DNA of 23,267 nucleotides. Source: Candidatus Iainarchaeum sp. GTDB taxonomy: Archaea > Iainarchaeota > Iainarchaeia > Iainarchaeales > Iainarchaeaceae. Numbering within the stretch: the first letter of the stretch is position 1; each line of letters begins with the position of its first letter. The translations under genes and the position numbers were made by a program. Positions 10,217 to 17,863 of the stretch are shown piece after piece. The notes beneath the pieces are model-generated. The model made no database searches. It worked only from the letters and a program-made list of their open reading frames with translations, and was not told the origin of the DNA. Where the stretch lies: positions 1 to 23,267 of the forward strand of contig JBDRLP010000023.1 in the NCBI GenBank assembly GCA_043812975.1, written 5' to 3'.

Positions 10217-10620
10217 ATGAAAAAGTCCTACCGAGTACATCCCTAAGGGGTGAGGTGGACGCCGCCCAGAGGGCGTCCACAGCCGCAACTGTGGGGAGGA
10301 TGAATGAAAAAGGCCACATAATTCTCCTAATTATAGGGGGTTTTTTGATTCTGGCAATTATCCCTATCTTGATAACCAGCTTTTTTTGGCCTGCCAAAAT
10401 ATTAATGCAGATAATAATGATTTTCGTGCTTTACACCACTGTAAGAGGTTTTTTGGGAACAGGAACGTTAACTTTGATTGTTTCGGCTGTTCTTATTTAT
10501 TTCATGGTTTTTAAGTGGTTTGAGCTGTTTTTGGCTCTTTATATCTTGCAATTATTGCTTGGATTACAGTTCTTATCTGTTCTAATTTGGGGTATTGGAA
10601 CCACAATGAGGAAAGGATAA
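10213..10620 (+). CDS. Small multi-pass membrane protein (paralog 2). Second possible start at ATG 10300; the first 29 codons derive from an insertion plus duplication
   Basis: MNEK occurs twice (10213 and 10300), each preceded by GGAGG. Hydrophobic core with the motif VRGFLGTGTLTLIVSAVLIYF. Confidence 0.8.
   Translation: MNEKVLPSTSLRGEVDAAQRASTAATVGRMNEKGHIILLIIGGFLILAIIPILITSFFWPAKILMQIIMIFVLYTTVRGFLGTGTLTLIVSAVLIYFMVFKWFELFLALYILQLLLGLQFLSVLIWGIGTTMRKG
10225..10294 (+). mobile_element. Short GC-rich multi-hairpin insertion element (REP/MITE-like), copy 1, flanked by an 18-bp perfect direct repeat
   Basis: GGAGGATGAATGAAAAAG at 10208-10225 and 10295-10312. Hairpins: GTCC(T)ACC..GGTGGAC, CGCCC-AGA-GGGCG and CCACAG-CCGCAA-CTGTGG. 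A related copy lies at 18010-18061. Confidence 0.75.
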
Positions 10621-10664
10621 GTAATTTATTAACATGAAAGCAATAATCTTACAAAGGTGCTATT

Positions 10665-10925
10665 ATGATGATCATTTTGGACGGGTTGATGGACAATATA
10701 TGGATAATTTTAACCCTGTTCTTGTTTGTCTGGATTTATGCCTGGGCTAAACAAAACCTGGGTTCAGCAAAGCTAGCCATACTTTTCTCATTAATAGTCG
10801 TGTATTTGACCTTCTATTCATACCCTGTTTTGGTATGGTTATTGGTTGTTTTTTTCTTAATGCAGACTCTTGGAAAAGATTTTTTGGCACAAGTAAATCC
10901 TTTCGGTGGAGACCAGTTAAGATGA
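10665..10925 (+). CDS. Small membrane protein (paralog 3)
   Basis: AGGTG SD at 10655-10659 and TTTATTAA at 10625-10632. Motif WAKQNLGSAKLAILFSLIVVYL aligns with paralogs 1 and 2. Confidence 0.75.
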   Translation: MMIILDGLMDNIWIILTLFLFVWIYAWAKQNLGSAKLAILFSLIVVYLTFYSYPVLVWLLVVFFLMQTLGKDFLAQVNPFGGDQLR

Positions 10926-10926
10926 T

Positions 10927-11004
10927 TTGCGAACGAAGTGAACAAGTACTATCGAGTCTGACTGCAAGTCAGACGAAGATAGTACACCTCGTTAACGGAG
11001 GTGT
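10927..11004. repeat. Intergenic triple-hairpin palindromic element (REP-like)
   Basis: TTGC-GA-AC-GAA-GT-GA-ACAA (10927-10945); GTACTATC-GA-GTCTGACT-GCA-AGTCAGAC-GAA-GATAGTAC (10946-10985, two perfect 8-bp stems); ACACCTC-GTTAACG-GAGGTGT (10984-11004). Confidence 0.7.
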
Positions 11005-11010
11005 CCGTTA

Positions 11011-11328
11011 GTGGATACGTTTAATTTTCTTGTTTCAATTTTGATAATGATGATTGCAATTCAGTTACAGGAAACTTGGATTGTGTTAGCTGTTTTAATC
11101 ATCAGCATTTTAACCTCAAAAGATATCTCAACAATAATTGCTTTTATTATTGCAACGATAGTTCTTTACATTGTTGTCGGCATGGGAGATGTTGAATCAT
11201 TGTGGCCTGTTGCTATTTTTGGTTTGATAATTGTCGCAATTATTCTTGGTTCAAAACCACAGGAACAAGCTGCAGACCCTTACGGAGGAGGCGCTGATAT
11301 GTTTGGCGGAATGGGCGGCGGTTACTAA
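11011..11328 (+). CDS. Small 4-TM membrane protein with a Gly/Met-rich tail
   Basis: GTG start with GGAGGTG SD at 10997-11003. Four hydrophobic stretches; tail GGGADMFGGMGGGY. Confidence 0.75.
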   Translation: MDTFNFLVSILIMMIAIQLQETWIVLAVLIISILTSKDISTIIAFIIATIVLYIVVGMGDVESLWPVAIFGLIIVAIILGSKPQEQAADPYGGGADMFGGMGGGY

Positions 11329-11694
11329 ATGGCAAAACTTTTAATGAACCTTCCATTAATGATTATTCTTTTAGTTCTTTTTTTTATAGTACTTGGAACA
11401 AACGTAATCTGGGCAGCACTGCCTTTAGGGATTCTTGTTCTGGCTGAAGTTTTTGGAATTATTTCCGGTTTGTTCAAAACAGAACTTATTGAAATGGAAA
11501 AGGCAGAACCAAAACCTCCCGAGGGGCTAAAATTTGTTGAGGAAGGTCTCTCAAGAACAGGAAAGGCACTTGGTAAAGGTGAAAAAGCAAGAATTCAGGG
11601 AAAAAAAATTAAAGATGACAGGGAAGCATTTGGCATTATGGGTGAAGCCGCAGATGGTTTCTTTGACGGGCTTGGAAAACTTTTCAAGAAATAG
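11329..11694 (+). CDS. Membrane protein with two N-terminal TM segments and a charged/amphipathic C-terminus
   Basis: Starts directly after the previous stop (TAA-ATG). Hydrophobic N-terminal half; C-terminal DGFFDGLGKLFKK is amphipathic. Confidence 0.75.
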   Translation: MAKLLMNLPLMIILLVLFFIVLGTNVIWAALPLGILVLAEVFGIISGLFKTELIEMEKAEPKPPEGLKFVEEGLSRTGKALGKGEKARIQGKKIKDDREAFGIMGEAADGFFDGLGKLFKK

Positions 11695-11696
11695 TT

Positions 11697-12338
11697 TTAC
11701 TTCTCAAGTTTAAGAAGAGTTTTTTTATTGGTTTCAAGTATTTTTTTCAGGAGTTCCTGAAGTGCTTTGGTGTTAGCTTTTGTTTCACGAATTTCTTTTT
11801 CAAGAGAAGACATTCTTGTATCAAGAGAATCAATTTTTGCAATTGTTTCAGGAGATAAACTTGGAGTTGAATCGATTTTTTTGTGTAAATCGATAACATT
11901 TTTTTCAACATCTTCCATTTTTTCTTTGTGTTCATCAAGAAGCTGGTGAGTTGTCGTGTGCTGTGCAGCCTGTTCCTGAGAAACCGCTTCAATTTCTTTT
12001 TTGACATTTAAAGGAGGAGCTTCTGCTTCCTCTTCATCAGAAACATCATAATCACCTTGTTCTTCTTTTTCAGTTTCAGATTCATTTTCGTATCCGGATT
12101 CTTTTGATTTTTTCAATTTTTCAAAAGCTTCTTTAGGATCAACAGGGGCTTCTGGAGAAATTCCTTGATTAGGCTCGGGAGGAGCTTCCGGAGAAATTCC
12201 TTTGGCTTCATTAATAACTTTGTCAATTTCCCCTTCATCAAGATTTATTCCCTGAAGGGTTACTCTGATTGTATCATCATCAACGCCGGAAGACAGCATT
12301 CTTTTTACCGTATTCATTACAACTTCATTTGAAACCAT
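11697..12338 (-). CDS. Hypothetical protein: small helical N-domain, acidic/Pro linker, C-terminal coiled coil
   Basis: 213-aa ORF filling the gap. Heptad-like C-terminus (IDSLDTRMSSLEKEIRETKANTKALQELLKKIL); internal GISPEAP duplication. Confidence 0.8.
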   Translation of the reverse strand: MVSNEVVMNTVKRMLSSGVDDDTIRVTLQGINLDEGEIDKVINEAKGISPEAPPEPNQGISPEAPVDPKEAFEKLKKSKESGYENESETEKEEQGDYDVSDEEEAEAPPLNVKKEIEAVSQEQAAQHTTTHQLLDEHKEKMEDVEKNVIDLHKKIDSTPSLSPETIAKIDSLDTRMSSLEKEIRETKANTKALQELLKKILETNKKTLLKLEK

Positions 12339-12414
12339 TTAAATCAACATAAACTAACACAAAACACTAATTTTAATGTTTTCTTTGTTTTTGGCCTGTA
12401 TATTGTTAAGCAAA

Positions 12415-12422
12415 TTTATATA
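12415..12422 (+). promoter_or_regulatory. Putative TATA box (TTTATATA) for the HerA-like gene
   Basis: Consensus archaeal TATA preceded by AAGCAAA, about 20-25 nt before ATG 12442/12448, which suggests a leaderless transcript. Confidence 0.45.
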
Positions 12423-12441
12423 TATTATTTTAGTTTAATAG

Positions 12442-13950
12442 ATGTTAATGCAATTATTCAAAATAGCTAACGGACCATGGGAAAAGCTCTTTTCTGGTAA
12501 TTTTCAGGAACATGAGGTTGAACTATACTCTAACCCTGAAAAGATACTATTAGTCATAGTTTTTGAGAAAAAGCTTGATAGGGTTGAAGGAGCTATAATT
12601 GAGCTTTACAAGGTTTTCAGTGCAGAAGGGGACGTTGAGTCTTTTGTTGAAACACTTCCAAGGGATGTCTTGATTCTTACAAAACACGATGAAAAAAGCA
12701 CCCTCAAATTCCTGTTACTGGGAAGCAAGCCTACTTATGCAATGTGGAATGAAAAAGAATTTGTAAAGGAAGTAGACTTATTGGTTAAAAAATTAAGCAC
12801 CTCAGCCGCTATGATTAAGGATGTTTCAAAAGCATACGAATTAACTCTGAAAGAAATTGCAGAATCAACCAAAGAAATCCAAACTGCATTTTTTACACAA
12901 CCAATGCTCGTACCTTTAATGGCTACTTCAAACCATTCAATGATAAGAGAATCTGTTGATGAAATGAAAGCAATAACCAAAGGAGACATTACACTTGGAT
13001 TAACCAGAGACAGAAAAAAAGTTATTGAACCCATTGCTCTTTTCACTAAAACAATTATAAGTGAAGGTGAACCAAAAGATCGGGGAAGAGTTTTACAGGT
13101 TTTAGCTGAAAGCGCTATGCTTTCAAAAATACCAGTAGTGATATTTGATTATGATAAAAGATTTTCTGGTTTGGGGGAAACAAGCAAAGACGAAGCTGAA
13201 CTGAAAAAATACGAAGTTGAAATTGATCCGCTTGGTTTTCCTGTAAAAAATTACACTCCAGGAGATAGCGTGAAGGTTAATCTGAATATAATAAGTCCAC
13301 GGACAATTGCAGAACTTTTCGGCATTGGTTACAAAGATTTTCCAAGATTATTAACCCGTTTTTTGGCAGAAAACACTGTTACAAGTATTGATGACATGGT
13401 TGAAAAAATCTCAAAACTGCCTCAGTCAGAGGAATTCAGCGAATTTGAAATTTACAAGACTGCAAGAGTGATAAAACTTATAGGTACAAGATATCCGAAC
13501 TTATTCGGGGATAATAGTGAAACTAAAGATATGATAAAAACATCAACCTCAAATATTGCAAGAGCTTCAATAATTGATATTTCTTCAGCGGATAAAAGAA
13601 GCTCCACAATGCTTATCCATTCAGTAGTAAAAGAAATCAGCATGAGTAAACAAAAAGCTGATTCCAACTTTGTTTCAATAATTATTCCGGAAGGAGAAAT
13701 CATTCAGGCCAAAGAAAATCAAAATGTTATTTCAGGTGAAATTTATTCATTGCTAAATGAACTGGCTGTTTCAGGAGGAATGGTTACAATCGCAGCAGCA
13801 AAACCAATAGATATTGATTCAGCAACAAAACAGGATGCTAATGTAAAAATCAATATTGTAAGCGGAAATGATGTTGGCGTGCAAATGAAAAACAGGAAAG
13901 CCTACAGGGTTCTTGTGAGACCGCCATTAAGCAGACAGGCAAAAGATTAG
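12442..13950 (+). CDS. HerA/DUF87/VirB4-like P-loop-fold protein with degenerate Walker A and B motifs
   Basis: Element order matches HerA-like ATPases: ITLG, then TKTIISEGEPKDRGRVLQVLAE (Walker A position), KIPVVIFDYDKRFSGL, VSIIIPEGE (Walker B position), GGMVTIAAAKPIDID, NVKI. Canonical GxxGxGKS and DEAH are absent. Confidence 0.6.
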   Translation: MLMQLFKIANGPWEKLFSGNFQEHEVELYSNPEKILLVIVFEKKLDRVEGAIIELYKVFSAEGDVESFVETLPRDVLILTKHDEKSTLKFLLLGSKPTYAMWNEKEFVKEVDLLVKKLSTSAAMIKDVSKAYELTLKEIAESTKEIQTAFFTQPMLVPLMATSNHSMIRESVDEMKAITKGDITLGLTRDRKKVIEPIALFTKTIISEGEPKDRGRVLQVLAESAMLSKIPVVIFDYDKRFSGLGETSKDEAELKKYEVEIDPLGFPVKNYTPGDSVKVNLNIISPRTIAELFGIGYKDFPRLLTRFLAENTVTSIDDMVEKISKLPQSEEFSEFEIYKTARVIKLIGTRYPNLFGDNSETKDMIKTSTSNIARASIIDISSADKRSSTMLIHSVVKEISMSKQKADSNFVSIIIPEGEIIQAKENQNVISGEIYSLLNELAVSGGMVTIAAAKPIDIDSATKQDANVKINIVSGNDVGVQMKNRKAYRVLVRPPLSRQAKD

Positions 13951-13964
13951 CAACATTAAAGAAC

Positions 13965-14459
13965 TTATTTTTTCTTCTTTGCTTTAGAAGCAACTTTTTT
14001 GCCCTGCATTAATTCTTTTACATCTTTAATGGAAACAAATTCAAGAGGATTAATAGTATCTATAACGTATTTGATTTCTGCTACATCCTCGGCTTTTGCA
14101 TAATTTTCTTTTATGTTCTCAATCTCAGAATCAAGTCTTGCAATTGCTTCTGCCTTCTCATTAAGCTTCCTGTTTATTTCAGCAAGCTCAGGTTCTATTC
14201 CTGAAAGATCCGCTGAATCAGAACCGCGAGTTCCTTGTAAAGTTTTTATTTTTTTGTTTAAAACAAGCAGGTTTCTTCCTAAGATTTTTTCATTCCTCAC
14301 AAGATATTTGATTTTTTGAGAAATAACAAGAATACTGCTGTTCAGTGCTCTAATGTCTGAATTAATTCTTGAGAAAATGTTCTGGGCTTTTCCTGAAACC
14401 CTTTTTTCTTGATTATCATCGTCTCCTTCGCTTTTGGAGTGTCTCTGGTGTGGTGGCAA
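13965..14459 (-). CDS. Coiled-coil hypothetical protein with a basic C-terminal tail
   Basis: TTG start; two heptad regions; C-terminal IKYVIDTINPLEFVSIKDVKEL followed by a Lys-rich tail. Divergent from polB across a 45-bp gap. Confidence 0.75.
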   Translation of the reverse strand: MPPHQRHSKSEGDDDNQEKRVSGKAQNIFSRINSDIRALNSSILVISQKIKYLVRNEKILGRNLLVLNKKIKTLQGTRGSDSADLSGIEPELAEINRKLNEKAEAIARLDSEIENIKENYAKAEDVAEIKYVIDTINPLEFVSIKDVKELMQGKKVASKAKKKK

Positions 14460-14504
14460 AGTAAAACCTTCAATATAAAATCCTTTATTATAACAATAAT
14501 ATCT

Positions 14505-16904
14505 ATGGCATATAATAAAGTTACTGGATTGCTATTAGAAGCCGATTATAAAGTAGATGAGAACGGAAATTCAGTAATTCAGGTTTTTGTCAGCACGGAT
14601 AAAGAAATAAAAAAATTTGAAGATTCTGATTTTAAACCCTATTTTTATGTTATAACAAAAGACCCTGAAAAAACTGCAAAGGCTATTGAGGCTGCTGATT
14701 TTGGAGAAGGAATAAAAGTACTAAAAATAGAAAAAGTTGAAAAGGAAAATGCGAAAAATGTTCTCAGAATTTATTTCAAAAATCCTCAGGAACTGGTAAA
14801 AGCAAGAGACACTATTGAGGAAATTGAAGGGGTTATTGAAAAACGGGAATTTGATATTCCGTTTGCAAAAAGATATTTAATTGATAAAAAATTAAAGCCA
14901 ATGACTGGTGTTGAGGTTGAGGAAGAAAACAATGAAATAAGAAAAATTGTTTCAAAAGAAATTAAACATGATTTAAGGATAGTTGCTATTGACCTTGAAA
15001 CTTATTCTCCGGGAAGATTTTCAGATCCGGAAAAAGACCCGATTTTAATGGCGGTCCTTTCAACAAAAAAAGAATCAATAGTTTACACTTACAAAAAAAC
15101 CACTGCAAAAAATACTGTTATTCTGAAGAATGAAAAAGAATTAGTGAAAAAAATAATTGATGACTTAAACAAAATGCAGCCGGATATTCTGGTTACTTAT
15201 AATGGTGATTCTTTTGACATGCCTTACATAAAAACAAGATGTGAAAAACTTAAACTCGAATGTAAAATTGGTCATGGCGGAATCAAAATTATGAGAAAAG
15301 GAATGTATAATGCTACAAGTTTGAAAGGAACTCAGCATTTAGATGCATTTCAATTGGTAAAGTTTATGGCTAGGATTGGTGCAATTAGTCTTTTGAAATT
15401 TGATTTGGAAAATGTTTCGGAAAAGCTGTTTGGAAAACCAAAAGAAAAAGTTAAAGCAGAGGAAATAAACGAGCTCTGGGATAAAGGAACAATAGACAGA
15501 GTTGTTGAATATAATCGCGAGGACGGAGCAATAACTGTTAAACTTGCTGAAGAATTTTTACCTTTGCAATTGCAGTTAACCTCTATGCTGAGAGAATCAT
15601 TACATGATACTTCCAGAGCTTCGTCAAGCCAGATGGTTGAACAATTATTAATTGTAAACAGTTTTGAAAAAAATGCCTTAATCCCAAACAAGCCAAGGGA
15701 AAGCGAAGTTAATCAAAGAAATTTGCAGACTTATCAAGGGGGTTTTGTGAAAGAGCCTTTGCCGGGGTTGCATGAGAATATTGCTGTATTGGATTTTAGG
15801 TCTCTGCATCCGACAATAATGATTTCACATAACATTTCTCTTGAAACTTTAAAGTGCAAACATGATTCCTGCAAAAAAGGAAATAATCTTTCCCCGGACA
15901 AAGACTGGTTTTGTGAAAAACAAAAAGGTTTTCTTTCAGGAATTCTGGAAGAAATTCTGAATAACAGAATTAAGATTAAGGGGGAAATGAAAAAACTTTC
16001 AAAAGATTCCCATGAATACAAAACACTTAATGCAAGACAACATGCGCTTAAGATTCTTCTGAATTCGCACTATGGTTATTTAGGTTATCCAAGAGCAAGA
16101 TGGTACTCAAGAGAAAGTGCAAGGGCAGTAACAGCATGGAGCAGGCATTATATTCAGAATACGATGGAGCGGGCTAATGAACAGGGGTTTAAGACTTTAT
16201 ATGGAGATACAGATTCTTTATTTATTCTTGTTCCTGAAGGAAAAGGAAAAAAGGAAGTTGTTGAATTTGTTGATGGCATTAATTCTGAACTTCCGGGTGC
16301 AATGGAATTAGAGTTTGAGGGAATGTTTAAACGCGGACTCTTTGTAACAAAAAAAGAGGGCGGGGCGGCAAAGAAAAAGTATGCTTTGGTTGATTTTGAA
16401 GGTAATTTGAAAATAGTTGGTTTTGAGTATGTGCGGCGGGATTGGTCAAATATTGCAAAGGAAACCCAAAAAGGAGTTATTGAAGCTGTGCTGAAAGAAG
16501 GGAATCCTGAAAAGGCAATTTCTCTGGTGAGAAAAGTCATTAGTGATTTGAAAGCAGGAAAGGTTCCGAAAAAAGAACTTGTTATAATGACACAACTCAA
16601 AAGAAAAATTGAAAAGTATAATGCTATTGGTCCGCATGTTGCCGCGGCAAAAAAAGCAATCGTACGCGGAAAAGAAATTGATATTGGATCTGTTTTAGGA
16701 TTTGTAATTACTAAAGGAGTTGGGAAAAAGATTTCTGATAATGCTGAACTAGAAGAATATGTTGAGGAAGGGAATTATGATTCAGATTATTACATAAAAC
16801 ATCAGGTCATTCCTGCAGTAATCAAAATAATGCGGGAATTAGGGTATGAAGAAGAAGATTTGATTCAGGGCGGAAAGCAGAGTTCGCTTTCTGCTTTCAC
16901 GTAA
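14505..16904 (+). CDS. polB: Family B DNA polymerase (archaeal PolB with 3'-5' exonuclease domain), 799 aa
   Basis: ExoI DLET, ExoII YNGDSFD, ExoIII YNRED; motif A DFRSLHP, motif B KILLNSHYGY, motif C YGDTDS; KKKYAL and VRRDWS. N-terminal DY/PYFY/EFDIPF resembles the uracil-binding pocket. Start set to ATG 14505 because TTG 14409 overlaps the divergent gene. Confidence 0.97.
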   Translation: MAYNKVTGLLLEADYKVDENGNSVIQVFVSTDKEIKKFEDSDFKPYFYVITKDPEKTAKAIEAADFGEGIKVLKIEKVEKENAKNVLRIYFKNPQELVKARDTIEEIEGVIEKREFDIPFAKRYLIDKKLKPMTGVEVEEENNEIRKIVSKEIKHDLRIVAIDLETYSPGRFSDPEKDPILMAVLSTKKESIVYTYKKTTAKNTVILKNEKELVKKIIDDLNKMQPDILVTYNGDSFDMPYIKTRCEKLKLECKIGHGGIKIMRKGMYNATSLKGTQHLDAFQLVKFMARIGAISLLKFDLENVSEKLFGKPKEKVKAEEINELWDKGTIDRVVEYNREDGAITVKLAEEFLPLQLQLTSMLRESLHDTSRASSSQMVEQLLIVNSFEKNALIPNKPRESEVNQRNLQTYQGGFVKEPLPGLHENIAVLDFRSLHPTIMISHNISLETLKCKHDSCKKGNNLSPDKDWFCEKQKGFLSGILEEILNNRIKIKGEMKKLSKDSHEYKTLNARQHALKILLNSHYGYLGYPRARWYSRESARAVTAWSRHYIQNTMERANEQGFKTLYGDTDSLFILVPEGKGKKEVVEFVDGINSELPGAMELEFEGMFKRGLFVTKKEGGAAKKKYALVDFEGNLKIVGFEYVRRDWSNIAKETQKGVIEAVLKEGNPEKAISLVRKVISDLKAGKVPKKELVIMTQLKRKIEKYNAIGPHVAAAKKAIVRGKEIDIGSVLGFVITKGVGKKISDNAELEEYVEEGNYDSDYYIKHQVIPAVIKIMRELGYEEEDLIQGGKQSSLSAFT

Positions 16905-16936
16905 ACTTTAAAACTGGTTTCAGAGAAGATTTGTTT

Positions 16937-17833
16937 ATGGAAAAGGAAGAATTAGATGCTTACAAGAAAGCCGGAGAAATAGTAAAAGAAGCTCAGGAAC
17001 TTTCAAAGAAAAAGCTTAAAGTTGGCACTAATCTTTTTGAGTTTGCTGAGGAAATTGAAAAAGCAATAAAGAAAAAAGGCGGTTTTCCTGCATTTCCAAT
17101 AAACTTATCTGTAAACAATGTAGCTGCTCATTATACTCCTGGTTTTGAATCAGAGGATATTCTGGAAGAGGATGCAATTATCAAAATTGATATTGGAGTT
17201 CATGTTGATGGTTTTATTTGCGATACTGCTGAAACAATTGATTTTTCAGGAAAACAAACTGAAATGGTTAATGCAGCAAAAGAAGCTTTGGAAGCTGCGG
17301 TAAAACTTGTGAAAGAAAAAACTGAATTAGGAACAATTGGAGAAAAAATTCAAAAAACAATTAAAGGAAAAGGCTTCAACCCGATTCAGAACCTTTCAGG
17401 TCACGGGGTTCAGCAGTATGATGCACATACTTATCCTACAATTCCTAACATAGCTAATAATGACGCAAAAGTTCTTGAGGATGAAATGGCTATTGCTATT
17501 GAACCTTTTGCAACGAATGGACAAGGATTTGTTAGAGAAGGAAGTCAGGCAGAAATTTTTCAAATGGAAGAGAAGAAACCTTTGAGGGGAAGAGAAGCAA
17601 GAAAAATAATTGATTTTATTGAAGAAGAATATTCTACTTTGCCATTCGCAGAAAGATGGATTCAAAGGGATTTGGAAATGAGTGAATTTTCCAGAAAAAT
17701 AGGGTTACGTGAACTAATGCAGAAAAAGTGCATTGGTGCTTTTCCTTTGCTAAAAGAAGACGAAGGAAAAATAGTCACTCAAGCAGAAACAACATTGCTT
17801 TTGAACGAAGGAAAAGTAATCCGCCTGTATTAA
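16937..17833 (+). CDS. map: Type II methionine aminopeptidase
   Basis: AHYTP, KIDIGVHVDGFICDTA, NLSGHG, AIEPFAT, the type II helical insert (TLPFAERW) and QAETT. Start is ATG 16937 or TTG 16931. Confidence 0.95.
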   Translation: MEKEELDAYKKAGEIVKEAQELSKKKLKVGTNLFEFAEEIEKAIKKKGGFPAFPINLSVNNVAAHYTPGFESEDILEEDAIIKIDIGVHVDGFICDTAETIDFSGKQTEMVNAAKEALEAAVKLVKEKTELGTIGEKIQKTIKGKGFNPIQNLSGHGVQQYDAHTYPTIPNIANNDAKVLEDEMAIAIEPFATNGQGFVREGSQAEIFQMEEKKPLRGREARKIIDFIEEEYSTLPFAERWIQRDLEMSEFSRKIGLRELMQKKCIGAFPLLKEDEGKIVTQAETTLLLNEGKVIRLY

Positions 17834-17863
17834 TTGCAATTCAGTAATCCTTTTTAATTTAGA

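Noticed and set aside
10077..10397. 106-aa minus-strand ORF across the inserted element
   Set aside because: It overlaps two plausible membrane genes on the + strand and has no transposase or other motif.
11747..13703. Alternative-frame and antisense ORFs (11747..12007, 11767..11949, 12735..13046, 13452..13703)
   Set aside because: They are nested in or antisense to better-supported genes.
14409..14504. Hydrophobic N-terminal extension (signal-peptide-like) on PolB
   Set aside because: It is an artefact of an upstream TTG overlapping the divergent gene and its promoter region; the PolB-like sequence begins near ATG 14505.
14505..16904. Intein or split in PolB
   Set aside because: Motifs A, B and C are uninterrupted and the length (799 aa) is normal.
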